From: Octopus bimaculoides
Taxonomy: Eukaryota
Reading direction: 5' to 3'
DNA: 37,482 bases
Assembly (NCBI RefSeq): GCF_001194135.2
Contig: NC_068987.1
Coordinates: forward strand, 17,685,418-17,722,899
Shown here piece by piece: positions 1 to 11,795 of the stretch. Under the pieces are notes generated by a model that saw nothing but the letters and a program-made list of their open reading frames with translations, was not told the DNA's origin and made no database searches. How positions within the stretch are numbered: position 1 is the stretch's first letter; every line of letters starts with the position of its first letter. Both the position numbers and the translations under genes were made by a program.

Positions 1-38
<38 letters not shown>
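1..38. repeat. (AT)n microsatellite
   Basis: Pure AT dinucleotide run at window start. Confidence 0.98.
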
Positions 39-40
<2 letters not shown>

Positions 41-589
41 TAATTTCATCAATATAATGAAATTAATGATAATAATAATAATACGAAGGATAATAACAAT
101 ATATTTATAAGTAAATAAATGATTGTTATAATCTTAAATATCAACAGTTTCTTCCAAATTTCCAAAATCAATGATTACGTGTAATCAATGATTACATTTT
201 TTCTTTCGCAATTTCGGATTGCTTGTTAATGATGTCTCTTCCAAGCATAGATTACTTCATTGTCAGTATGCCTTATTCCGGTACGCGTTTCGTGTCATCG
301 GCCATGTCTTACTGTATTATACTATTTTCTATTTGAAGTTCCAAAATAGGTCAGCAATTTATGTGAATTGTCTTCTGCAAATGTTTAACATTAACCACTT
401 GTTTAACATTAACCACTTGCTCATGTCACTTGGTGGCTGACAGTATGTAAATCTCTGATCACGAGCAGAAGTAGTGCGGGAGCATCAATGCCATGTGTTA
501 AGAGGAATTCTTTGAGGTTTAGATAATTTAACTCTGGAAACATGGGTGTTTCGTTCATCATTCTTAAACAACATGCATGTTTCTTATTG

Positions 590-775
590 TGACACAAGAC
601 CAAGAGTTTTGAGGGGAGGGCATACTGGTATCCCATCGACTCTTAGTATATGTCTGGTACTTTAATTTAACGAGTCCAGGGGGAGGCAACATGAATGGCA
701 AAGTTAAGTTTGGAAGGAATTGAACTCAGAACGTGAGAACCGGAAGAGTTACTGCAAAGTATTTGTACCAAGAAA
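590..775 (-). mobile_element. Degenerate tRNA-derived SINE, family M (Meta-domain-like core)
   Basis: Matches other copies here: ctggtact...atgaatggcaaagttaagtttggaaggaatttgaactcagaacgt; B-box-like gttcaaattcc on the minus strand. Confidence 0.7.
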
Positions 776-937
776 AGCGAAAAGGAAAGCTAGAAGACCA
801 GTAGAAGAGGAAAGAGAGAAAGTAGTAGAATGTTGGAGGGCGAAAGGACGTGAGCGCTGAGAAAACAGGAGAGTGGTGGGAAGAGAAGCACTACAGCAAT
901 AACAAAAGATTTCAAACAACATATATATATATATATA

Positions 938-1598
938 NNNNNNNNNNNNNNNNNNNNNNNNNNNNNNNNNNNNNNNNNNNNNNNNNNNNNNNNNNNNNNN
1001 NNNNNNNNNNNNNNNNNNNNNNNNNNNNNNNNNNNNNNNNNNNNNNNNNNNNNNNNNNNNNNNNNNNNNNNNNNNNNNNNNNNNNNNNNNNNNNNNNNNN
1101 NNNNNNNNNNNNNNNNNNNNNNNNNNNNNNNNNNNNNNNNNNNNNNNNNNNNNNNNNNNNNNNNNNNNNNNNNNNNNNNNNNNNNNNNNNNNNNNNNNNN
1201 NNNNNNNNNNNNNNNNNNNNNNNNNNNNNNNNNNNNNNNNNNNNNNNNNNNNNNNNNNNNNNNNNNNNNNNNNNNNNNNNNNNNNNNNNNNNNNNNNNNN
1301 NNNNNNNNNNNNNNNNNNNNNNNNNNNNNNNNNNNNNNNNNNNNNNNNNNNNNNNNNNNNNNNNNNNNNNNNNNNNNNNNNNNNNNNNNNNNNNNNNNNN
1401 NNNNNNNNNNNNNNNNNNNNNNNNNNNNNNNNNNNNNNNNNNNNNNNNNNNNNNNNNNNNNNNNNNNNNNNNNNNNNNNNNNNNNNNNNNNNNNNNNNNN
1501 NNNNNNNNNNNNNNNNNNNNNNNNNNNNNNNNNNNNNNNNNNNNNNNNNNNNNNNNNNNNNNNNNNNNNNNNNNNNNNNNNNNNNNNNNNNNNNNNNN
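938..1598. other. Assembly gap (N)
   Basis: N run following an (AT)n tract. Confidence 1.
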
Positions 1599-1794
1599 AA
1601 TAAAGGAAAGATAGAAGAAGGAAAAAAAGAAGTGTAGACTGAAGGAGATAATAATAGTGAGTAGGCAAACATACTTTCACTATAAATAGAATTAAAACTA
1701 CTAAGTTTTCCTTTTATCGATTAAACTAAGATTTGACAGCTCAAAACTGACTTTTTGAGTTGAGAATAAAGTGGTATTAAAATACTGTTTGATG

Positions 1795-1797
1795 ATG

Positions 1798-1867
<70 letters not shown>

Positions 1868-1880
1868 CAACAACAACAAT
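1795..1880. repeat. (AAT)n/(AAC)n microsatellite
   Basis: Direct reading. Confidence 0.95.
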
Positions 1881-2099
1881 GGCACGAATGTCTTCCTCGT
1901 TATAATTACAATCATGTTGATGACTTACGTTCAGAACGAGGTCGGGCGTTTAATAAGGCTGTGTTATTTTTAAAGTTCTCTGTTACAATCGTTATAAGTT
2001 TGAAAAACTTTCATTATTTCTTGTTCTACAACCATGTTGTACGCGCGTGGTTCTGTTGACTTCGTTTTCAATCTGTCTTTCCTTCTGTCTCTGTCTGTC

Positions 2100-2177
2100 T
2101 TTCTCCCCATGCCCCCCTCTCTCTCTCTCTCACTCACTGTCTCTCTCTCTCTCTATCTCTCACTCTCNNNNNNNNNN

Positions 2178-2231
<54 letters not shown>

Positions 2232-2240
2232 TTGTGTATG
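2100..2240. repeat. (CT)n/(GT)n microsatellite containing a 10-N gap (2168-2177)
   Basis: Direct reading. Confidence 0.95.
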
Positions 2241-2264
2241 GTAATGGGTCAAGGGCAAATGGTA

Positions 2265-2563
2265 ACGACCCCTTTCGATCATGATTGACCACGCACAAGT
2301 TCAGGCAAGGCTGTTTATGAGGACCAGTAGTCGGGTCGCATACCAGCCTCCTCTCATCACTCCACCGATGTTATCCAAGGCTAAGGCAAGAGCTAATATA
2401 GCTTGGCACCAGTGACGTCATAACTTATTCCTACAGCTGTTGGACTGGAGCAACGTGAAATAAAAGTGTCTTGCTCAAGAACACAACACACAGCCTGGTA
2501 CAGGAATGGAACGAACAACCGCACGACTGTAAGCCCGGTGCTCTAACCAGTGAGGCAGGCACC
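2265..2563 (-). mobile_element. tRNA-derived SINE, family C (CORE-like), tail type A
   Basis: Minus strand: A-box-like tcactggttagagc, then gtgttcttgagcaagacacttttatttcacgttgctc shared with copies at 13239 and 32792. Confidence 0.8.
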
Positions 2564-2610
2564 GTCATATATGAATCCCTCCACATACACACACATATAG
2601 TGTAGTAATA

Positions 2611-2790
2611 TATTGATTTCAAATTTTGGCACAAAGCCAGCAATTTCAGGGGAGGTAGACGTAGATTATATCTACCCAGTGTTCGACTGGTACTTATTTA
2701 TCGAGCCCGAAAAGATGAAAGGCAAAGTTGACATGGGCGGCATTTGAACTCAGGACATTTAGACGGACCAAATGCCGCTAAACATTTCTA
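2611..2790 (-). mobile_element. SINE family M
   Basis: ctggtacttatttatcgagcccgaaaagatgaaaggcaaagttgac...atttgaactcag; tail gtgccaaaatttgaaatcaata on the minus strand. Confidence 0.85.
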
Positions 2791-2867
2791 GTATTATGCA
2801 TAGAGCTCCACGTAGATTATCGCCAACCAGTTTGCTTCCGGTATGGTGATTAAGTGACTACTATAGT

Positions 2868-3166
2868 TATTACTCTTTACTCTTTTACTCTTTTACTTGT
2901 TTCAGTCATTTGACTGCGGCTATGCTGGAGCACCACCTTTAGTCGAGCAAATCGACCCCCAGGACTTATTCTTTGTAAGCCTAGTACTTATTCTATCGGT
3001 CTCTTTTGTCGAACCGATAAGTTACGGGGACGTAAACACACTAGCATCGGTTGTCAAGCGATGTTGGGGGACAAACACAGACACACAAAAACACACAAAC
3101 ACATATATATACATATATACGACGGGCTTCTTTCAGTTTCCGTCTACCAAATCCACTCACAAATAT
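2868..3166 (-). mobile_element. SINE family O (octopus OR2-like CORE-SINE), 3' half, cut by gap
   Basis: High identity to the complete copy at 5521-5910 (tttcagtcatttgactg...gacgggcttctttcagtttccgtctaccaaatccactcaca); short (ctctttta)n tail. Confidence 0.9.
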
Positions 3167-3820
3167 NNNNNNNNNNNNNNNNNNNNNNNNNNNNNNNNNN
3201 NNNNNNNNNNNNNNNNNNNNNNNNNNNNNNNNNNNNNNNNNNNNNNNNNNNNNNNNNNNNNNNNNNNNNNNNNNNNNNNNNNNNNNNNNNNNNNNNNNNN
3301 NNNNNNNNNNNNNNNNNNNNNNNNNNNNNNNNNNNNNNNNNNNNNNNNNNNNNNNNNNNNNNNNNNNNNNNNNNNNNNNNNNNNNNNNNNNNNNNNNNNN
3401 NNNNNNNNNNNNNNNNNNNNNNNNNNNNNNNNNNNNNNNNNNNNNNNNNNNNNNNNNNNNNNNNNNNNNNNNNNNNNNNNNNNNNNNNNNNNNNNNNNNN
3501 NNNNNNNNNNNNNNNNNNNNNNNNNNNNNNNNNNNNNNNNNNNNNNNNNNNNNNNNNNNNNNNNNNNNNNNNNNNNNNNNNNNNNNNNNNNNNNNNNNNN
3601 NNNNNNNNNNNNNNNNNNNNNNNNNNNNNNNNNNNNNNNNNNNNNNNNNNNNNNNNNNNNNNNNNNNNNNNNNNNNNNNNNNNNNNNNNNNNNNNNNNNN
3701 NNNNNNNNNNNNNNNNNNNNNNNNNNNNNNNNNNNNNNNNNNNNNNNNNNNNNNNNNNNNNNNNNNNNNNNNNNNNNNNNNNNNNNNNNNNNNNNNNNNN
3801 NNNNNNNNNNNNNNNNNNNN
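3167..3820. other. Assembly gap (N)
   Basis: N run. Confidence 1.
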
Positions 3821-4089
3821 TATATATATGTATGCATGCGTGTATGTATGTAAGTGTTTGTGTATGTATGTATATATGAATGTATATATGTATGTATGTA
3901 TGTACTATGTATTTTTGTATGCATTTATGTATGTATGTATGTATGTATGTATGCTGACAATCATGTATGAATGCCAAAGCTTGCTAACTGCGCAGTTTTT
4001 CTCATATTTTTGCGTGTGTTTGTATGTGTGTGTCTCTACGTATGTGTGTGTATTTTTGTTTGTTGGTGCTTCTATCTATCTATCTATCT

Positions 4090-4134
<45 letters not shown>

Positions 4135-4400
4135 NNNNNNNNNNNNNNNNNNNNNNNNNNNNNNNNNNNNNNNNNNNNNNNNNNNNNNNNNNNNNNNNNN
4201 NNNNNNNNNNNNNNNNNNNNNNNNNNNNNNNNNNNNNNNNNNNNNNNNNNNNNNNNNNNNNNNNNNNNNNTAGAAAGAGAGAGAGAGAGAGAGAGACAGA
4301 CAGAGAGATTGAGAGGGAGAGGGAGAGAGAGATTGAGAGGGAGAGGGAGAGAGAGATTCGTGTGTGAGTGTGTGGTGTGTGCGTGTGTGCCTGTGCGTGC
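3821..4400. repeat. Compound (TATG)n/(TC)n/(TA)n/(GA)n/(GT)n microsatellite containing gap 4135-4270
   Basis: Direct reading. Confidence 0.92.
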
Positions 4401-4899
4401 GCGCGTGTTTAGTTATCTGTCTCCTCCAATGTATAATTCAATGAATAAAGGCACTCAACTAGATTTAGCATATTGTAGCTAAACTATGAAAGTGTTTACA
4501 ACATACAATGTTTGATGAATGACATGTATCTTCTAATCTTCTTGCAAGCAGCTAACGATACGCTATTGTCCACCATGTTTTAGATCAGATTTCCTTGAAA
4601 TATAAAAATATATTGATTTCAATATATTTGCTTGGTTTGGATAAAAATACAATCGAAGTAATGTTGGTTCTTATTTTAGTCAGTTCAATTTTATTGACTC
4701 TAAAGCTATTTAAAGCAAAATGGTTTCCAACGGTCTCGAATTTGGAGATTACGAATCTGAGACTTCAAAGCTTTTTCAACTCACCTAATTTGACCATGTG
4801 ATTGCGAAGTTTACTTTGCACTGAGGCTGTACCAGTTTCAATTCCACTAAGCAATTGTTTAGTTTCTCTGTTAATCTGAGTCTTTTTTAAGGTTTACGA

Positions 4900-5088
4900 A
4901 TTAGCAGGCTCTTTAGCACGCCGGATGAAATGATTGGCTGCATATCGTCCGTCTTTACGTTCATAGTTCAAATTTCGCCGAGGTTGATTTTTGTCTTTCA
5001 TTTTTTCGGGGTTGATAAAATAAGTACCAGTGATGGAATTGACTTGCGCTTCCCTTAAAAAGTATTAGCTCTGTGCCAAAATTTCAAT
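4900..5088 (+). mobile_element. SINE family M
   Basis: gttcaaatttcgccgaggttgattttgtctttcattttttcggggttgataaaataagtaccag...gtgccaaaattt. Confidence 0.85.
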
Positions 5089-5389
5089 GTGAAATTGTTT
5101 TCTGAGTAAAATCACCATTTAGAAGCTTTTCTGAAGCCAGCTGAATGGATAAAATGAATCTGTTGATTACAGTTATCACATAGGCATATTAAATTTCTTT
5201 TAAAACATTTTATTACATTTAAATTTCTATCTTACAAACTGAAAAGGGAGCTTGACAAAATTATCTAAATTAGCATAGAATAATGGTTTCATATTATTTT
5301 ATAATTAAAATCTAAACTGTTAATATCTGAATGCGAAAGAGATAGGTGAATAAACTGTACACTTACTTTTGGGCCAGCCTGTATTCCAT

Positions 5390-5447
5390 TATACACACAT
5401 ACACACACACATATATATATATATATATATGTACACACACACACACA

Positions 5448-5514
<67 letters not shown>

Positions 5515-5520
5515 TCTCTC
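5390..5520. repeat. (CA)n/(TA)n/(CT)n microsatellite
   Basis: Direct reading. Confidence 0.95.
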
Positions 5521-5910
5521 TTTTACTCTTTTACTCATTTATTTGTTTCAGTCATTTGACTGTGGCCATGCTGGAGCACCGCCTTTAGTCGAGCAAATCG
5601 ACCCCAGGACTTATTCTTTGTAAGCCTAGTATTTATCATATCGATCTCTTTTGCCGAACCCACCAGCATCTGTTGTCAAGCGACGTTGTGGGGGGACAAA
5701 CACAGACACACAAGCATACACACACACACACACATACACATACACACATATACATATATACATATATACGACGGGCTTCTTTCAGTTTCCGTCTACCAAA
5801 TCCACTCACAAGACTTTGGTCGGCCCCAGGCTATAGTAGAAGACACCTGCCCAGTAGGACCGAACCCGGAACCATGTGGTTCGTAAGCAGGCTACTTACC
5901 ATACAGCCAC
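5521..5910 (-). mobile_element. SINE family O, near full length
   Basis: Minus strand: tRNA-like head gtggctgtatggtaagtagc...ccgggttcggtcc, CORE-like ctgggcaggtgtcttctactatagcc, internal (TG/TA)n, 3' tail ggccacagtcaaatgactgaaac. Confidence 0.9.
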
Positions 5911-6289
5911 TCGAGAACGGCAATAGAAACAACTTATAAGCAGACATGTGTACAGACATCAGATACATAAAGATAGAAAGTAGATTGATAACTATAGATA
6001 TAGTCAAAGATGTTGATACACATGCAAGTATACATACAGACGTACACACAAGCTTCTGTTCCTCCGGTCAATGTACTTTTACAACGGAATTTGAAAACAA
6101 TATTTAAACGGACGAATGGGCGTATGCATGTGTCTTTGTGAGTGAGTGAGTGAGTGTGTGAGTGTATATGTGTCTGTGTTTATAAGTGTGTATTTATAAT
6201 CAAACACATTTATACGTAGACGGAAACAAAACAGGATAGAAATATAGGAAAAGAAGACGGTCTGTACATGTTATATATATATTATAAAT

Positions 6290-6305
6290 GTCTGTGCATG
6301 TCAGT

Positions 6306-6398
<93 letters not shown>

Positions 6399-6623
6399 CG
6401 TTTATTTTCAATACAAATTTATGTTTATGTGTATGTACGTTTTTAAGTAATGTTTAATGGAATTCGCGTATATTTTTGTCATAGTCATATGTTTTTTCTA
6501 GTCTGAAGAAACTAACAAGTAACGTGAATAAATTCAGAAATTATCGGAAATACGCATTTATTGCAATACAAGTATGCGTAAATATGTATGTACGTAAATA
6601 CACACATACACATATATAAATAT

Positions 6624-6708
<85 letters not shown>

Positions 6709-6820
6709 CATATATAGATATTTGCATACAAGTGTGTCTATATGTATGCATATATGTATACAGTGTGCGTGTGTGTATGTGTGACCCTGTGTGTGTGTGT
6801 GTGTGTGTATGTGTGCTTTT
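6290..6820. repeat. Two (TA)n tracts with (CA)/(TG) flanks
   Basis: Direct reading. Confidence 0.92.
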
Positions 6821-7394
6821 GTATGTCTCTACGCGTGTGCCTATGTCGAAGCATTAGTACTATATCTGATCTCAAGGAGACAACATTCTTTCGTTATGAT
6901 TAATCACAAAAGAAGTTGTTAAACGTTGACCTTTTAAAAATATTCTAACACATTTAAGATGTTCGTAGCAGACAGAATACTAACTCTTTGTATGCGATAT
7001 CGTCTTCTGCAAATATTGTTCCGTATTTTTTTTGAAAGTATGCGTAAATTGTGAATGGACTTTCGATGTGGTTATTATCACAAGTTTTCTTCCACAAAGC
7101 TGCATTTCCTTCTCCCTTTCTTTTTAGATTTTGTTTTTATTTTATTAATTTATCTTTGGCTGGATTATGATATCAGAAATTGTCTGCGTTTACTTTTAGA
7201 AGTATATACAGGCGTGCGGTGGAAGATTTCATTGCTGTTTCTAGACTATCGAGCGTGATCAAAATGTTTTATGGACCGTAAATCTATTTAGGCGTATATT
7301 ATCTAAATATTTTCTGTCTTTCTTTAATACATTATTGTGTGATCTGAAGTTGGTTTGATAGTTAGCAAACTAACAACTCGTCCTTATAGATATA

Positions 7395-7604
7395 TATTGG
7401 TTTCAAATTTTGGCACAAGAGCAGCAACTTCCGGTGGTGGAGTAATTCGATCGACCTCAATACTCAACTGGTACTCGTTTCATCGATTTGGAGAGGATGA
7501 AAGGCAAAGTCGACCTCTGCTAAATCCGAATTTAGACCGTAAGGCGGGCGAAATTCCGCCAAGCACTTAACCCATCGTTCTAACGATTTTGTCTGCTCGC
7601 TACC
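7395..7604 (-). mobile_element. SINE family M
   Basis: ctggtactcgtttcatcgatttggagaggatgaaaggcaaagtcgacc; same tail as the 2611 copy. Confidence 0.85.
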
Positions 7605-8496
7605 TTTATACAAACTTTATATTGACTATAAAACAGGTGGCAGGGGACAATTAATGACAGTAGAGTGAGAGATAAAGGGAGAGATGAGGAGAGAGAGTGA
7701 GATAGTTGGAAATACCGGAAAGCTTTTGTGGACAATAGCAGGACGAAAACAAGAAGAATTAAATTGATAAAATATATGTTCGGCCTAACAGAGTGTTTGG
7801 TAAAGAGTATATTAGGCAAATATATGGCGTGTCTAGTGTCTGGGTTTAATTTTTTCTCCCACGTATTGAAGATATGAAGATTTCCAAATAAGCATTATAA
7901 TACAAGCTTGGCTTGCTTGCTGCAACTTTATAACTTTCATATCGCTTTTTCTTTTGTGAAGAGCTAACATTCCTTGACAGTATTCTTTTAGTAGTAGTAG
8001 TAAGGAATAGCTTGTGTAAGATCTCATTGCGGGAAATTATATCAGATATTCTTCTACTTACACCTTTCACTAAATTCTTGAACATGTGGTCAGGTGAAGG
8101 GCCATGTGCTAATGTTTTTTAGATTCTCATTTTCTTTATGTTTCCTAAAAGGCTTAAAATAATCTATGCTAATATCTAATGTAACGTCCGAGAAATGTGT
8201 ATAGTAACTTTGAGGTCGAGGGATGTGATCGTTTCTATAAAGCCCCTTTGTTTTTTTGGGGGGGTGTGGAGGACCAAACAATATAATGTGTATCCAATAC
8301 CGTTTCTTGGGAAGATGCTGGGCGACGTCACTATACTATTGCTGTCGAATTTCCATCTACCAAATTTAATTTAAAACCTTTTGATGGACCGATGCTACAA
8401 CGTTACGTGGTGCGTAATGGAACCGAAACTTGAAGCAGGAGTCTATAAAGAAAACGTTTTATGCGAGAAGAAGATGATGATGATGATGATGATATA

Positions 8497-8557
<61 letters not shown>

Positions 8558-8631
8558 NNNNNNNNNNNNNNNNNNNNNNNNNNNNNNNNNNNNNNNNNNN
8601 NNNNNNNNNNNNNNNNNNNNNNNNNNNNNNN
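8558..8631. other. Assembly gap (N) within (GT)n/(TA)n microsatellite
   Basis: N run. Confidence 1.
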
Positions 8632-8692
<61 letters not shown>

Positions 8693-8695
<3 letters not shown>

Positions 8696-9110
8696 GCTAT
8701 GTTGTAAAAAAGCTTCTTCCCAACCGCATGGTTTTTTAGTTCAGTCTCACTGCTTGGCACTTTGGTCAAATATCTTCTGCCATACCCTCGTGCTGACCAC
8801 AGACTTGTGACTGAACTTGATAGACGAAAACCGAAAAAAGCTCGTGGTATATATATGTATAAACATGTGTGTGTGTCTATGTGTGTGTGTGACGCTGTGT
8901 CTGTGTTTGTGCCCCACTACCACTTCACAATCGGTGCTGGTGTGTTTACGTCCCTGTAACTTAGCGGTTCGTCAAAAGAGATCGATAAAATAAATACTAG
9001 GCTGAAAACATAATACCTCCAAGGGTCAATTTGTCCGACTAAAACCATTCGGGATGGTGTCCCGGCATGGCCGCAGTCAAATGACTGAAACAAGTAAAAG
9101 ACAAAAGATA
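8693..9110 (+). mobile_element. SINE family O, full length, diverged
   Basis: Head atggctatgttgtaaaaaagcttcttcccaaccgcatgg...gttcagtc; tail ggccgcagtcaaatgactgaaacaagtaaaaga; reverse complement of the 5521-5910 copy. Confidence 0.88.
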
Positions 9111-9137
9111 AACATTTTTTTTTAATATTTTACATTT

Positions 9138-9400
9138 AATTTTGGAATTAGAAACTATACCAACCACCGAACTGGACGGCACTGCATAATACCAAAGATA
9201 CCATCTTCTTCATCTCAAGTAAGGCCCCAGTATTGCAACAGCTTGGGTTTCAAGGGACCAAAACTGTTTAACATGCTGCCAAGGAACCAAAGAGATCTGC
9301 AAGGTGTAGATGTAGAAACGTTCAGAAAGCACCTAGACAAATTTCTACCTGAAATCCCAGATGGGTCCACGTCGCGGCAGGAGGCAAAAACAGTTAGAAA
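9138..9400 (+). mobile_element. CR1/L2-group LINE, C-terminal end of ORF2 (5'-truncated)
   Basis: Open frame NFGIRNYTNHRTGRHCIIPKIP...YCNSLGFKGPKLFNMLPRNQRDLQGVDVETFRKHLDKFLPEIPD fits the post-RT G(P)xLFNxLP...FKxxLDxFL..IPD signature. Confidence 0.85.
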
Positions 9401-9994
9401 TGAGACCCCAAAGCACAGAAATGCAGTGCTCCAGCATGACCCCAGCCTTGGACTCGAACTAGTAAGAGATTAAAAGAATACAAAATAACAATAAACTACA
9501 AAAACACATTGTTACCGATTGAAAAAGTGTACTTACAAAATGTTTAATACAGTTGTTCTCAAGCGAAGACTTCTACATATAAAAGCCATTTTTATTACAC
9601 AAAGATAAAAACGGGAACAGGAAGTTTTACGGCTTTGAACACTGACATTATTTTCCATTATTGAGAAAATATTAAAGGTGCAGAGAACATTTTATTGCAA
9701 ATTATAGGAATTGTATCCAATTTGCAATCATTTTGTACTGTATAGTACTTTTCATATGTCAAATATATATCTAGTGTGTATTTGACAAAGTGTGTGTGTA
9801 TGTAAGACAATATTTTTCTCCCGAACGTATGGAATATTTTACGCATTACTTTCCCCTTTTCAAAATTCTCTCATGCCCACCTTCATCATTTTTATATAGC
9901 TATATTTTTTTATTTGTTACCTTTACATATTTCAGAAAACTGAAAGTGTGCACTAGGTCGTATAGCAAAATAGTTAACTCTTTCTTCGTTTGGC

Positions 9995-10130
9995 GACTTT
10001 GCCTTTCATATTTTCGGGGTCGATAAATTAAGTACCAGTTACACACTGGGGTCGATATAATCGACTTAATCCCTTTGTCTGTCCTTGTTTGTCCCCTCTA
10101 TGTTTAGCCCCTTGTGGGCAATAATGAAAT
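9995..10130 (+). mobile_element. SINE family M, 5'-truncated, third tail type
   Basis: actttgcctttcatattttcggggtcgataaattaagtaccag...ctggggtcgatataatcgact then tgtctgtccttgtttgtcccc tail. Confidence 0.85.
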
Positions 10131-10304
10131 AACAAACTGAGGGCAGCTATATTTGTCATCTTCCAACCATAATCTGCATGACAGTTTTTGATTTTTTTAA
10201 CAGGCATTTATTTTGGATGGGATATTATGTTTTCTTTTCCTTTTATGCAAGCTAACATATTTAACCAAACGGCCGTCACATAATTATATATATATATATA
10301 TGCA

Positions 10305-10452
10305 AGGTGGGCCACTTTCATTTTCCGCCTACTACCAAATCCACTCATAGGCATTGCTTACATCGGAGCTCCTAGTAGAAGTCACTCACTGAAGTTACCA
10401 CGCAGTGGGACTGAAATCGGAGCTATGTTGTTGGACAGCTAACTTCTTACCA
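10305..10452 (-). mobile_element. SINE family O, 5' part, diverged
   Basis: ctaccaaatccactcat...tagtagaag...ccacgcagtgggactgaa...cttcttaccaca. Confidence 0.75.
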
Positions 10453-10699
10453 CATCTAATACTTTCCTTTAGATTTTGTCTTGAGAGAAATTCGATTGCT
10501 CTTTCTAGGAAATCCTACGTCGCGACAGATATTCACTGGCTGTCTCGTTTTAAAGTGCTTACGATTTGTTCATCTTTTTATTACCCTATTGCTTTTATCT
10601 TTTAGATCACAATTGACTTAACACTACACAGGCTCCATGCATATATTCTTCATGTATCAGCAATATATATTCAAAAATTCAGTTATTTCTTCCATGAGA

Positions 10700-10937
10700 T
10701 ATTGCATCATCAGCATCAGCAGTAGCACCAGTACCATTTTCATCGTCATCGTCGTCGTCGTCGTTGTTGTCCTCATCTTCATCCTCCGCCACCTCTTCAT
10801 CAAGTACACCATTATTGTCATCTTCACGTGTTACTTAGTCATCCGCACGTCCTGTTTCAGTGCTTCTCAATCTATTTCGTTTCCTGGTACGCTAGAGATC
10901 AATAAAAACTATTACTGATATTCTTCGCATGGAACGC

Positions 10938-11017
<80 letters not shown>

Positions 11018-11047
11018 GACGACGACGGTGATGATCACAATGATGAA

Positions 11048-11080
<33 letters not shown>

Positions 11081-11100
11081 AATAATGATGATGGTCTTAT
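10700..11100. repeat. Trinucleotide microsatellites (CAT/CGT, AAT, GAT)
   Basis: Direct reading. Confidence 0.92.
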
Positions 11101-11245
11101 CGAGAAGAAACAAACAAACAAGTAAAGAAAGAGAAAGAAGGATGAGAATAAAAACAGAAAGAAAGAAAGTGGATGAGAAAAATTTCTGGGTGACAACTCA
11201 CGGAAAGTTTGAAGAAAAAAACATTTTCATATTTCTAGATTTAGA

Positions 11246-11247
<2 letters not shown>

Positions 11248-11294
<47 letters not shown>

Positions 11295-11299
11295 ATTAA

Positions 11300-11346
<47 letters not shown>

Positions 11347-11382
11347 ACAAACTAACTATATATCTATCTATCTATCTATCTA
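11248..11382. repeat. (TATC)n microsatellite
   Basis: Direct reading. Confidence 0.95.
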
Positions 11383-11549
11383 TATTGTCGGAACACGCAT
11401 TACCGTAATAGTACCACCACTAACAGGCATACGTTAGATACTTCGGACGAGCGTCCTTTGCCATTTTCTTGTTCAATCTTTTCGTTTTCTTTTTTTACTC
11501 AATGTATTATGAGGTTTTATATACTGCTAAATTAATTTGGTAAATGAGT

Positions 11550-11795
11550 AGAATTCTTTGAGCGTCCAAAAATATTCTTGCACTATTTCTAATTTTTTCC
11601 TTGCTTTTTAAATTCTGGGCTCAAGGATAGCCGATGTCCATTTTCTTTTATTTTCCCGAGACACCTGATGAAGGCTGGAGGTTATATCAGCCGAAACGTT
11701 GTGTTAACAACAAACAAGATGAGGACAAATATCCGTCAAATGTAAAGGATGTGAATAATGTACATAATTCCTCATTTCCTAAATATAGAACTGTA
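11550..11795 (+). mobile_element. Non-coding Penelope-type terminal repeat (solo pLTR-like) carrying a hammerhead
   Basis: Contains the hammerhead motif; downstream gtgttaacaacaaacaagatgaggacaaatatc recurs inverted at 24855-24890. Boundaries approximate. Confidence 0.65.
11660..11705 (+). ncRNA. Minimal type I hammerhead ribozyme motif
   Basis: Stem I GACAC/GTGTT, core CTGATGA(A), stem II GGCTG/CAGCC, GAAA, palindromic stem III (A)ACGT(T), predicted cleavage after GUU at 11700. Confidence 0.75.

Noticed and set aside
540-565. Minus-strand ATGATGA-AC-GAAAC hammerhead-like string
   Set aside because: C3 missing, no stem II and no stem I pairing.
421-636. 71-aa minus ORF MGYQYALPSK...LNYLNLKEFLLTHGIDAPALLLL
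   Set aside because: Begins inside a SINE tail, has no recognisable family and no convincing splice sites.
4785-4875. Minus-strand candidate exon INRETKQLLSGIETGTASVQSKLRNHMVKL with AG|GTGAG donor
   Set aside because: Acceptor is purine-rich with no pyrimidine tract and abuts a SINE; peptide not recognised.
8693-8760. tRNA-like A/B-box sequences at SINE heads (also 13239, 29776 and others)
   Set aside because: No complete cloverleaf; they continue into SINE bodies, so they are not tRNA genes.
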